A stretch of 62,009 bases of DNA, filler included, from Sphacelaria rigidula (taxonomy: Eukaryota), in assembly GCA_964200075.2 (NCBI GenBank). It is 10 parts of 10 records of this genome, joined end to end, with 100 filler letters (N's around TTAATTAATTAA, not from the genome) between each part and the next. Parts side by side here need not be neighbours in the genome. Positions count along the whole stretch, not along the records: positions 31,056 to 37,166 come from CAXNAA020022153.1; positions 37,267 to 43,377 come from CAXNAA020022154.1; positions 43,478 to 49,588 come from CAXNAA020022155.1; 7 more parts are not named here. One strand, 5' to 3'. The position numbers and the translations under genes were made by a program. The notes beneath the pieces were generated by a model that had not been told where the DNA came from, ran no database searches, and worked only from the letters and a program-made list of their open reading frames with translations. Positions 36,831-48,877 of this stretch are shown one piece after another (position 1 is the first letter of the stretch; the number at the start of each line of letters is the position of its first letter).

Positions 36831-39127
36831 AAGGTACCTAAATTTGTACGGCCCCTTAACGATGCCCGATGTTTTTTTTTTTTTGTCATAAACTCTACGG
36901 TGTTTTTTGGATTAAGAAAATGTGTTTATAATTTGCAGCTCGAGCTTGAACCATGCCGCCGAACGGCTGCAAAAAAAGTAGTCGGCCCCAAAATGGCCGT
37001 TTTTTGCCCCTTTCCGAGGGGGAAAAAAGTGTCGATTTTCAGTATTATTATTTTTTTAATCGCGTGGAACTTCCTGGCAGCAAGCCACAGTGAAGGCGGG
37101 GGCGATTGGAAAAAAAAAAACCCGACACTTATTTTTCCTTTGGAACTGGACAAAAAACAGCCATTTNNNNNNNNNNNNNNNNNNNNNNNNNNNNNNNNNN
37201 NNNNNNNNNNTTAATTAATTAANNNNNNNNNNNNNNNNNNNNNNNNNNNNNNNNNNNNNNNNNNNNGGTCTCAGATTAGTATATATACATACAGACAGTT
37301 ACTACGTACATGATCGCAGTTGCCAGCATGTGTAAGGCAGTGCACGAACTACAATCGCTCTGGACGCCTGGGCTTCTGCACTGGAGCCCTGATACGAAGC
37401 AGCCGCCAGCTTTGTCTTTCTTCTGTGAAGTCTCCCTCTGAAATTCGACACTTGGAGGAATACTCGCTGTTGAAGGGCGAAATTGCCTTGCGTGCACAGC
37501 CGCACAGAACTAAGCAGCAGCGCCTGGTGGCACGCAACCAAACTGCATGTTGTCACAACTTGCTTGCGGCGAGGAAAAAAACATGCGCACTGCTTTTTTT
37601 CAATTTGCCCTGTTGGACCTCGAATAGCGGTACTAATCCTCAAACCAAAAGTGCCGATCGCGCAACGCGAAGAACTCGGCGGCGAAGCAGAGAATTAGAC
37701 TGCAGTTTCTTGCGTGCGCTTCCCACACACACAAGCTAGGTCACCTAATGACACGTTTTCGTTCTAGCGTGGTACTGAGCCACAACAAACCCGAACGTAC
37801 AAAAATGAGGTGTTTTGCCCTCTGGGGGGGGGGGTTCTCGCCGCTGACGCGACGCCAGGAAAATGTGAGACCCGATTCCCTAGATCTTGTATGTATGTCG
37901 GGGTCTGTGAAGTGCCGCAGGCTGGCTTGCTTCCTGTGTCGTGAACCGCGCGATCTCCGGTGCTACAGCTGTCCCATAGTAAAGCAAGTTTATAAGTGAT
38001 GAAGCGTGCCTTCTGCTCGAGAGGGCCTCGGCACAGGTGCGACCACCTACTGACGTGTTCATTATTCCTCCGCGTTTCTGATTTTTTTCAGTTTGCCGCT
38101 GATTTTTTGTCGTTAGGCCCTCCACTCCCACCCATAACAGTGCGAACAGAGATAGTCCTTCAGAAACTGTTCATATATATATATGTGTGTTGCCCGCCAA
38201 CAAAAAGAATATCTGCTCGAGGGCGGTCGTTGGCGGTTATAGATCACGTTATCGTGATTGGCGTGCAAGAACATTTCACGCGTGTGTGCAGGTCACAGTA
38301 AGGAATAACAGGGTGCAACGCCTCACACATCGCCGTCACAGGGAGAGGTAGCACGCGGCAGGATGCGAGTGCAGCAGCGACGTGTGTTGAGAATATTTGT
38401 CCCTCAGCAAGCGCCTTGTCCGTCGTGGCACCGCCGATCGCTACCGTCATGCTCTATAGTAGCCACAGTATCCACACAGACCGTGATGGCCTTGGTAGTA
38501 AGGCAAAACACGCTTCTCGTGGATTTTTGCTCCCGGGACGATTCCGCCACCCAAGCCTTGATTGCCTCCAAGTCAAGTACAGCACGGTATGGTACGGTAC
38601 AGTGCACTTATGCATCGGCACACCTCCCCACAGCCGGCCAAGCGGGATGAAGGGCTGAAGGACGCCAAGATATTGCTGTGTCAGCCGTTCTCGCGTGCGT
38701 GCTACTATGGCCCTTTCCCCTCTAGTGTACGTGATTATTTTGTCGTGCAGAGTGCTTTTTTGTGTGGCTCACCGACCTGTGGATGGCCATCAGTTGACGT
38801 CGGTGGTAACCCCTACTTTTCAGTACTGAAATCCAGTGATGTACGCAAAACGTGTTGGGCTACTGTAAAAATCGATGTGTTGCTTGGTCATGGGTCGAGC
38901 CTGGGTATTTAAGAGATGCATCAGCTGGGCGACAGGCTTTTTCTGTTTTGTTTTTTGTTCAATCGTTGACGCCGCTTTTAGGTTCTTCTTGGTTGGGGCG
39001 GTGAGCAATGTACCCCGTGAGCTTGGTCCAGTCTTCACGTTTCCCGTGACGAGATGTCAGATCAGGTCGTGCTCATATAATCGTGTCTTCTGTCTTGTTG
39101 TGTCTTTCTCCATGTCCTCTTGACAAG

Positions 39128-39205
39128 GACGAAGACCGCATGGGCGATCTGCTGCGGTCGCTGAGAGACGTGAGTGTGACACTTGCCATGCTCAAGGAGA
39201 CCAAG
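39128..39205 (+). CDS. TFIIS: Transcription elongation factor TFIIS-type N-terminal domain, exon
   Basis: ACAAG acceptor and GTGAGC donor; DEDRMGDLLRSLRDVSVTLAMLKETK. The start exon was not confidently located. Confidence 0.82.
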
Positions 39206-40863
39206 GTGAGCTTGCCGGACCGTCCCGTTCTCAGGTTGCATAATTCTGAATGTGAGCGAGTGCGCTAACTTGTACGTGGTGATGCGATAGCCGCGAACGT
39301 GCTGCAAACTGGTAGGACTGTTTGTAGAGGTCGCTTCCGCACTGCGTGTACTTTCTGAATGTCGCCGGAGGCGTGCTTGTGTTGTTGCGATTTTTCAAAC
39401 CCTGGACAATGACGAAATATTACATGGTCGAAAATTGTTGTGCGTACAATATGGAACCTATTGTGTATTGCACTAGACGAGTTAGTCGATACTGTACACA
39501 GTACAATTTACTACAATGTAATCTATCGTCATCATCCAGGGTGTGGATTTGTTCAAGGGTATTTTGCTGTGCTTTTGTGGTTTAGCTTGTATATCCGTCG
39601 TTGGGGAGTCTACACGAGAAGATGCACGTATCGTGGGGGATTTTTTACGACTTCGCGGCGTGGTGTGCAATGGTTGGCGAGGTATTCCCACGGTAAGTTC
39701 AGCTGAGACTGGTCGTTATGGGTGATGGGTCATCACTGACGTCATCGCCGCTGCTGTAAGGTATCATGAAATAATGGTGGGGGGCTGCTGCAGCGAGCTG
39801 CAGCTGTTTCTGTGCAATATGTGTACGTGCTGGTACTTGTTGGCGTGCGTACACTCGTCTGTGTTGTTCCTCTTCGCGCCTGTTGTTTCACGGCGCAGGG
39901 TGGTGTGTATGTGTTGTAGTTGGGCTTACCGTGTTTGGAGTGGCGGTGACGAGGTCTGCCTCGAAGAATGCTTGTTGCAACGGAAAAGTCATATGTTGTG
40001 CGCAATCGTGTGTATGCAAGATGTCACGGTTCGGGCGAATCATCGCCGGATCGAAAAACCAAATCCACGATATTTCAGGCCTGATTGCTCAAAAGAGAGA
40101 ACAAAATTGGCCGCTGGTCAAACAGGTCTCCAGGCAATTTTTGCGCCATCCCACATGTCTGGGCTGCGCGTACCTGGGTTGCAACGCTGAAAACAAGGCC
40201 TAATGATTGATCGGTCTCGTTCGGTACGAATCAATTACACTGAAATCAAGTAATTTCCAGACGAACCATTCATTCGTCCGGCCTTGGCAAGATTTTTGTC
40301 AACGCTGCAGCTGACGATCATTCGTGCTGCACGCTCAAATCGGCCATGTTCGCGGTGAGCACATGAAGGTATACCAGTGTTCAAAACAAGGTACACAAGT
40401 GACTGGATCCGGCAAAATGAGGGCAGAAAAAGGTGATGGCCAAGGAGGGTAGAGACAATGGAAGGTACCCTGCCGCTTGGGCTACATGCGAGCTTCGCTG
40501 GATTGCTCGAAGCCTTGCAGCTGTCGTGACCGCCATCTTGCTTGTTTCTTCCGCTCTTTGTGCGATCGATAGATGGACTGGTTGCGTGACTGATTGGTTG
40601 TTATCAAAACCGGCCTTAGCTGATGATCCGCTGTGAAGCCAGCCGTCCTGACGAGTTACACCTGTCCAAAGTAGATAGAGAAACATTCACTGAGAGGAAT
40701 CGTTACTGTATTCCCGGCAATAGTAACGGACAAAGATCCATAGTCACCGCTTTTTCACGCCATGAATTAACACCCGCTGCCTACTATGCCAAGAATGACA
40801 TCAAGAGTCAAAATTTACACCCTTTCTTCCCACTGCCCGACGGCCCCCTGTGCGTGTTCCCAG

Positions 40864-41011
40864 GTTGGGGCGACAGTTTCTAAGCTGAAGAAACATACAA
40901 ACGAAGGAATTTCCAACAGTGCTAAGGCGCTAGTCAAGAAGTGGAAGAAAGTGGCAGAAGCATCCGGGGTGCAAGCTGCCGCCGGCAATTCGGAAAAATC
41001 GGCAAAACCAG
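40864..41011 (+). CDS. TFIIS: TFIIS-type N-terminal (LW) domain, exon
   Basis: CCCAG/GTACTG splice sites; VGATVSKLKKHTNEGISNSAKALVKKWKK, the TFIIS-N signature; in phase with the previous exon. Confidence 0.88.
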
Positions 41012-41644
41012 GTACTGTTTCGTTGTCGACCATCACATTATAGCTCTTTCGTTCAGACCCGCGATCGAACGATTGAGTCGTGCCGGACAACCACGCATAC
41101 GAACGTCGCTATTCTAATAGGAGGTGCGACATTGCAGTGGCAAAATGCAGATGGTGACTTTCACACGGTATGCTTTGACGCCATGATCTGCCAAAAACAA
41201 ATCGGGCCGGAGATTGTGTGTAAGCGCTGCAAGAGATGAAGATTCTACTTCTATTTTTTTTCAAAATTGTTTTTTGGGTCGATGATCCTGATTATTCAAG
41301 TGGCCGACCGAACAATGCCGCGAGTTGGCTTGCGCTATGGAACATGACTTTGGGAAACTGAGTGAATCGTCCACCACCTCACTGCATGGTACTGTTTCTT
41401 GATGTATTTACCTCGCTCCGGACGCTTGCATACTTTATTTTCGTCGTGTCTCTTAACCTGGCTGAACCGCCACTTCATGAGAGATTTTCCACTGTTGAGT
41501 TCAGCCTCAGCCCGTGTCGACACGTCAGCAACGCAAGGTTACAATGGCTCAAGGACCCCCTCGGCGACCCGCTTTCCCTTCACTCCTTGCCTCAACCTGC
41601 ACCCTACTCCTTGCTGTCCTCACCTACCCCAACTGCGCCCACCC

Positions 41645-41825
41645 TGACCTAGCTCGACTTTACCCTGTAACATCCATTACTCGCCAAACTAAACCCATAC
41701 CCTACCCCAGCCTATTCTGACCTATCCCTACTTAACCTACTCTGACCTATTTCGACTGTATCCTGAACACTCCTTACTCGCCAAACTTACTCCGTACCGC
41801 ACCCTAAACTATTCTGACCTGTCCG
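41645..41825. repeat. Degenerate ~97-bp C-rich tandem duplication in the TFIIS intron
   Basis: TTACTCGCCAAACT...CTATTCTGACCT occurs twice. Confidence 0.65.
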
Positions 41826-42149
41826 TGCTTCGCGTGCCTTGAATCAGCTTTAGTTTCTTCTGTAGAGTCCGTGTGTGTTCCTGCAGTCTATCCCAAGCCC
41901 AGTTTCGTCAAAACCAACCCCGAAGTCTGGGAAAAAAATCCTCCCGAAGCAGAAGAAGCTGCAATGCGGGGACGTGGAAGAGCTATGTAGAGACAAGTAA
42001 ACGCCCGGCCATGTTCGAAAGTATCTCTATTAGGATTGGATCCATTTTGAATATCCGGTACGGGTATCCAGGCAGTCTTAGCAGCCTGCACAACGCGAAG
42101 TCGACCCAACCCAAGCGTTTGTCTTGTTGGTTTTTGTTTGTTTTTCCAG

Positions 42150-42325
42150 GCGCAGAGGCTTCACCGGCGGCCGGAGGGTCCCCAAGTGACCCGTCCAACC
42201 ATTCTCAGGGTGCATCACCGCCGAATGGAGTCAGTAGGAAGATTAGTGGCAGCAGTGCTGGCAGTGGAGGCTCGTCTTCGTCGGTCGGCGGCGGGTCGAT
42301 GTCCAGACAATCGTCTAGCACTTCG
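42150..42325 (+). CDS. TFIIS: TFIIS Ser/Gly-rich linker exon
   Basis: Long T-tract plus CCAG acceptor and GTGAGA donor; phase-1 join gives GAEASPAAGGSPS...SRQSSSTS. Confidence 0.75.
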
Positions 42326-43314
42326 GTGAGATCTTGTTTTCATATATATTTTTTCGCCCCCCCCCTCCCCTTTTTTTCTTCCATTTTTTGGTGTCAGTGG
42401 CGGCTGCCCGCCTCTGAGTAAATTCATTGTGCTGACTGCTTCATTTTCCGAATTGCCATTGGTGTGGTGAATGAAAACCTGTTTTGTTGATGTGTACGAC
42501 AGCCGTGTGAATATGCGACGGTAAGATTATGTGTAGATTTCTATCCGAGATGTCGCACCAGGTTTTGCCGATATGTTTTTGAAAGACCGGTGACGTGTTT
42601 CATACGTCGGAGTCAGATTTTAACATCCATATGCACTTCTGGACGTGCTGTTTTCGAACACTCCGGGAGGTTCACTCTGGGCGTCACTATTTTCGCACCG
42701 CTTAGCAGTGTCTTTTCTAGACAGTCGTGCAGTGCACCACACCGATCGCTGTTTTTTTTCAGCTGTTTGCGCGAGTGTCGCACCGATCTCTCCTGCGTGT
42801 AAAGGCGCTCGGAAATAGACGAAGACAAATCACCCAGGACATCGCGGAGCTTTGTGATTTCCTGTAGAGGTGCAGTATATTGATCTCTGTGTGAAACAAG
42901 ATAGGCCGTGACCGCAGCCAACAGTTGGCTATGTTAATCGCGGCGCAAAACGTGAATGGGCTGTTCGAGGAAAACATAACGACCAGAGACAAGAAATCAA
43001 ATTTTCCTCTCTTGTCCTGGGATGCTCCATCCAGATACACTTGTGTCAGCCTCGAATCTCTCGACGGGTGAGTCGCGCGTGCAGGCGACGCCCTCCCTGT
43101 TCATACCCTACACACTCTTGCTCACTATCCACACCCACCCTGTAACGGTGGCCTTGTCCTGTTTCTCTGACCGCGCACACTCTAAACCTGTTATATATAT
43201 ATATATATATATATACAGGCCGTTCGGGACCGGGGCTACCGCCCCGGTCCCGTCCGTCTTCTTGGAGGGTCGCGGTATTCATGCCTTGCCAAGCTCCAGT
43301 GAGAAATGATGAAT

Positions 43315-43361
43315 GCGTCGGACGAGTCGTTACTCGTCGAAACGAGTGCACTCGTGGATGT
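43315..43361 (+). ncRNA. Degenerate minimal type-I hammerhead-ribozyme-like motif
   Basis: GCGTC-(G)GACGA-GTCG TTACT CGTC-GAAA-CGAGTGCACTCG-TG-GATGT. GAAA core and palindromic stem III are present, but the CUGANGA box and the cleavage triplet are non-canonical. Confidence 0.4.
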
Positions 43362-43832
43362 TTTTTGAAAACACAACNNNNNNNNNNNNNNNNNNNNNNN
43401 NNNNNNNNNNNNNNNNNNNNNTTAATTAATTAANNNNNNNNNNNNNNNNNNNNNNNNNNNNNNNNNNNNNNNNNNNNGATTTGTGCGGTATCTCACCAAC
43501 CAGACCGCCGAATTCCTCGAATGGGGTACTGTACGGTAGCTGCATGCACAGGACGTGTGCTCAAGCAAAAAAAAAAGTAGTTGCTTGTAAGGAACGCTAG
43601 GGCATCCACTCTGAATCCGATATTACGTTCTGAATCTCACGAATATGTTAATCGTATTTTACTTGGCATGGTTCTTGAATACCGTTGACCCAGAATTTGT
43701 TCTAGTACACATACATGGTTGCAGTATAAGGCCAAACATCGCAGCAACGTGTCGTGAGATGTACAACGAAGGTTGTGTACACAAGTGTACGGTTGGGGCA
43801 TTTTCACACCAGATATTTGACTGCTTCGAGAC

Positions 43833-45072
43833 AAGAGGTGGGCACCGGATACATAAAACAAAAAACCGGTGACTGGATAAGAGGCGTTATTCTGAAAAAC
43901 AAAAAGCCGGTTAAAACGGTTATTTTGCAGCAGGTTTAAGCGGTTCACCGGATAAACGGTTTAACCTGATAAGCAGGGAAGAACTCCTCCAAATCATTGA
44001 AGCGCAGGTGAGTTAGGCGTTGTTGTCGTGTGTCTCATGTGTGGTGTGTGATGGATACGCTCAACACACGCATTGCCGGTGACGGCAAGGTTCAATCTCA
44101 CATCTCCGCACCCGTGCAACACCTGTCGAACTTACAGCACGGTGGCTGGTGACAACGAGTTTAATGCGTAATAGGAAATGGTGTAGGTGATTACTTGGAC
44201 ATCTGCTGTCTGGCACGTGAGTAGTAAGCACCTACTAGGTGCACTGTTCATTTTTTAATTTCTTCGTAAATGGCGATTTTCTTAGGCTCTTTCGCTTGCC
44301 ACCGCTCATCACATTGCAGATCTGAAGATACATGTATCCACTCGACATTCCAAGGGGGAAAAAAACATCCGTCTTCAATACTGAGTGAGTTACTGGCTGG
44401 CCGGTCATCGAAGTTCCTGCCACTTCCAGCCCAGATTCTGACTCTTCGGTATTTCCGGTCGATGGATCCTGCCTGTCCCGACCGTATTTGTGAAGAAATG
44501 TGCAGGCTTGTTCTTTTGAAATCCCACCTACTCATTGCACGAGAGCCGAATAACTGTTTTTCACGGTCTATAAGACCCCGATGATAAACGGGGTATCTAC
44601 TTGTACCGCCCGATAATACCAACTAACACCAACTTGGGCACCGTATTTTTAGGACGATCTGCTTTTTTTGCCAAAATCTACCGACTCTAGCACTTTCAAG
44701 TTCTATCAAAGAGTAGTACGCGAGCAAAAAGCAAAACAACCCGGAACAGTTCAGGTGCCCAGTACTGTGTGCACCCCACACCCCGCCCGCCCCTGCAGCC
44801 CAATGCCCGAAAATACGAGGGAAAAACAGGGGTCATGCCATTCCTCAACTTCAAACTTCGCAGCTGAACCGGTTAAAACGGTTCACCGGAAGAACCGGTT
44901 TAACCGCCATAATAACGCCTCATTTTCCCGGTTAAACCGGTTTTCCGGTGAACCGGTTTAACCGGGAAAAAAAACTCCGGTTTATTTTTTTCAGAACCGT
45001 AACCGGTAAACGCCTGTTGGGTTTCCAAGAACCGGTTATAACCGGCATTGTTTTCACAGGTGCCCACCTCTA
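43833..45072 (+). mobile_element. Complete 1240-bp non-autonomous hAT element with hATC (dimerisation domain) relic
   Basis: TIRs AAGAGGTGGGCACC / GGTGCCCACCTCTA; perfect 8-bp TSD TTCGAGAC (43825-43832, 45073-45080); AACCGG subterminal repeats; internal PLD...EVPATSS...RLVLLK remnants at ~44330-44525. Confidence 0.92.
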
Positions 45073-46249
45073 TTCGAGACTCGACGCTTTTTCGCGTTAT
45101 TACACGTCTGCTTTTATTCGCAGCAGCACCACCAGAGAAACGTACTCGCTTCCGAATCATGAATCAAGCACCCGCACCCTACCACACACAATACAGCTGA
45201 ACCTATCTCGAAGTATTAGATACAGCAGCTACGCTTGTGTTGCGTGTATTGTTTGAGACCGCCAGGAGATCTATTTTGGCACCAACCAAGATAATGGACA
45301 TCTTCGTGGTACTAGTACCCGAATGGCTGTCACTCGCCCCTCAACAGCGACAAGACGACGACCTCGCCGTTATCTCCACTGGCGCGGTAGGGAGAGCTCA
45401 TCAACCTATCATCTCCCTAATGACGCACTTTCTACGCTAGTCGCTCACCAGACAGTAGCACCACCCGCCGTTCATTTCCTTTCGAGAAGCAGGAAACCTT
45501 GCGGTCGTCACGAAAGACGGCACACAACGAACAAGGCCAACCATAGCACCAACAACATCGGCAAGGGCAGCCATTTGGTCGCTCCAGACGCGTTATCCAT
45601 CATGGTGAGTTCCTCTCTGGTGATTTCATCGGTGTATACGAATAACCTTTGACCAGGAAGAGTGCGGGAGCTGTACTGTGCGAGTACCACATGCCAAAAC
45701 CATGAAACGAAGTGAAGCGTTGTCAAACACGTATACACACACCGGTAGGACAGCAAAACACAACAACTACCTACATTGGTGTTACAGTGCAGCTCTGTAA
45801 AGAATATTTCCCAAGGAATTATGCTCTTGTCTCGACTCAGTCGGCATCAGCAGGGGTTCGGGCTCTTCTGTTCACTTTTTCAGGATTGCTGAATCTCTTC
45901 CCCACGGAGTTGTACAGCGATGAGACTGTATATTCTGTGTGACATGTGCAAACAGCCCAGGAGTCCATGTTGCAGAATAATATCGACATATATATATATA
46001 TGTGGACTTAAATGGTCTCCTTCGCAGTCAATCGGTGAGGTCGGAGGATGTGAGGTCGTCCGTATGAAAGTAATTTATCGTGACTTTGGGTCAGCAAAAG
46101 CACTGTCTTCAGAGTTGAAGACCATATTTTATTCAACCCCATCTCTCAGGATCCTCTGTTTATTGCTTTTCTTTCGAATTGTCTTTTTTATTAATATTTT
46201 CGGGCCCGAAGGCAAGAGAGAGAGAGAGACGACTGCTTGCAGGGCACGA

Positions 46250-46620
46250 TCTCTAAACCCTTCTGCCATAGACTATCGTGTCTCTGCTCATGAAAACTGT
46301 CTCTCTCTCTCCCTTAGATCAACCAGGAGGACACATAAACGTTCCTAATGTACGTGAAAATCTCAAACGACCAAGTCCCCAGATGGTACTCTACCATTCC
46401 TTCACCCTATATCAAGCAATCCCTCTCCCTTCCCTTCCACCTTCGAAAGAAAACGGGTGGGTGGGCGGGAAAAAGGCGCACTTAATCGATAAAACTTGTT
46501 GGCCTCTGTCGAACTGGCCCAACTCCTTCTATGCTCTCTCTGTCCACCTTTTGTGTCTCCAATTTACGCTGATTTGCGTTTCCTTGTTTTGACTATCCGT
46601 GGACTTTCCCGCAAAGTAAA
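46250..46620 (-). mobile_element. Very decayed LINE post-RT fragment
   Basis: Minus frame SVNWRHKRWTERA*KELGQFDRGQQVLSI resembles GVNWDKEVEKVWKEIGGNQDEVLSI of the 31056-31257 fragment. Confidence 0.4.
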
Positions 46621-47316
46621 CGCTCGGGGCTGACTATTCAACTGTTCCTCCGTGACCATCAAAAAGCGACTGAAATAATAGAAAGGATACTGACTATTTG
46701 ACTGTTCCTCCGTGACCCTAAAAGAGCGGCTGAACTAATAAACGCCTCTTTGGCCAATTCGATGTTTGCAATAGACGACCGTTTGCTTCTTTCTGAACAA
46801 ACCTCCCCTTCCCACATAATGATCAAACCAAGTTTACAACTCTTCACTGCAGCATCGACAGGAGTGCTCCGGCGCTCGACTTGTCCGTGGACTGTCACAC
46901 GGCTTGTTCCGAAAACATCATCAAAGAGTGCAGTGTTGACTACTGATGTGCTGACTTCGACACCAAGACTTAGCATTTTGCGACGAAACGTAATTTTCAT
47001 ATCTGGGAAGATTAACTCGGCACTCCATAATGAGGCATTCAGAATTTTACTGCACCGGCAGCGCAAGTACACAGCAAATGTGGTACAGCTACTACATTCC
47101 TCATACGTTTCACTCCTAGTCACGTTGGGTTTGCGTCCTTGTCTCTTTCGTCAATTGAAGGCAAGCAGTCGAACTTCATGTCTATTGTCTGTCTTGCAAA
47201 ATAGTCCGCGCGGTAACTCATGGTCCACGTGTGCGATGATTGTTACAGAGATGGAGGCTAGTGCCACAAGATGCTCCCTACTCCCCCTCCTCCCCCTCCC
47301 CTTCCTTTCTCCGTCG

Positions 47317-47985
47317 TCCAAACCTGGAGGGTAATCGGCGCAGGTGTGCGCCGAAGTGCTTGCGAGAGCACTCGGAGTTTCTCCGCCGTCGGGCACCTTT
47401 GCTCTTCTCGCGCGGAAGACTGGGAACATTCGCTCTTACCTGCGTGAGCGATCAGCTGAAGGAATGGAGAAGGGGGATTGGAAACGAGAGGAGCGGGTGG
47501 GGGGGTTCTGGGTGGCTAGCAACGGTCAACACTCTCCCAAGGGAGCGTGGGATACTGGTGTTGTACTTGACTGTGCTGCTAGAGCGCCGACCGCGTGTTT
47601 TCGAGCGGACGGAGAAAGGAAGGGGAGGGGGAGGGCGTACTCATAGGCAAGCAACAAGTGAGTACGCCCTCCCCCTCCCCTTCCTTTCTCCGTCCGCTCG
47701 AAAACACGCGGTCGGCGCTCTAGTAGCTCAGGCAAATACAGCACCGGTACCCCACCCTCCCTTGGGAGAGTGTTGACCGTTGCCAGCCACCCAGAACCCC
47801 CCCACCCGCTCCTCTCGTTTCCGATCCCCAGTCTCCATTCCTTCAGCTGATCGCTCACGCAGGTAAGAACAAATGTTCCCAGTCTTTCGTGCGAGAAGAG
47901 CAAGGGTGCCCGACCGCGAAGGAACTCCGAGTTCTCTTGCAAGCACTTCGGCGCACACCTGCGCCGATTACCCTCCAGGTTTGGA
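47317..47985. repeat. Long head-to-head palindrome (~327-bp arms, ~15-nt spacer)
   Basis: 47317-47643 is the reverse complement of 47659-47985 with scattered substitutions; mirrored ORFs appear in the track. Confidence 0.93.
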
Positions 47986-48877
47986 TATTAAATGATTATG
48001 CTGTATCTTCATTGAACATATTTAATCCTCGATCTAGATATTAAGAGTGTAATTCTTCTTCAGTTTCGAGCCCCGCATTTCTCCTCATCGGAAGTGCATA
48101 TAAGATGAAGTGCTCCAACTGTATTCTCGTCAACATAGTGTACACTACAACTCACAGAACGCTACCAGACGCTTGCTGTCTACTGAATGGTTCTTGAATT
48201 TTCTCGAGTTGTTCGGAAATACTCGTGCGCATATGGGCGCGATCTTCTTCTCGTGGCCTTGAGAACAAAGATGGGCATCTTCCCTAGTCGATGAACGTGT
48301 TTAGACTTTGGCGTCAAAGTATCAAGTAGCTGAAAAAGCCCCCAACGTTCTCCGAACCATGATCTACAGCGCACCTCCTGGCCGTGAGGGCATCTATCCC
48401 ACTTGATCGACAGTGATCCCTACCGAAGCTCTTCTCTACCCCCTCACCCTCGAAATACGACATGGCGATATTGACAACCTTTTTCATACACTTGCTGCTG
48501 TGAAACCAGCTCAGCGGGTGGGATTATTCTCTCGCCACAAAAAAAACACCACCTACCATTTACCACCACAGTCGACACGAACAGAGCCAGTTTCACTTTT
48601 GTTTTCATCCATTGACCGGTACAAAACATATTGTTCTGAACATGCCGAACCCGCGCCAATTGCATTTTTTTCTGTGCTCGTCTGCACTTGCAGGATTTTG
48701 CAAATTTCTCGGATCTCTCGCACTGATGTCCAACTTATCAACTGCCCTGCCTTCCTGCCATCCCCCTCTCCTCCCTCTCACCTCCGCATCTGCCGCAACT
48801 GGGTCACGCTTGTGTTCACAAAAAAGATCGGTAGGACTGGCGCTGACGCTATTCGTGTGGGCCGTCGAGGTCGATTA

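Noticed and set aside
37985..38036. First coding exon of TFIIS (KFISDEACLLLERASAQ|GT)
   Set aside because: Donor and phase are plausible, but no in-frame ATG or convincing upstream exon was found; left unassigned.
45492..45604. Possible host exon (GCAG...ATG|GTGAGT)
   Set aside because: Splice-like signals are present, but there is no recognisable protein or partner exon.
48040..48092. Second hammerhead on the minus strand (CCGATGAG...CTCGAAAC)
   Set aside because: Stem II is weak, and there is no stem III/NUH or stem I pairing.
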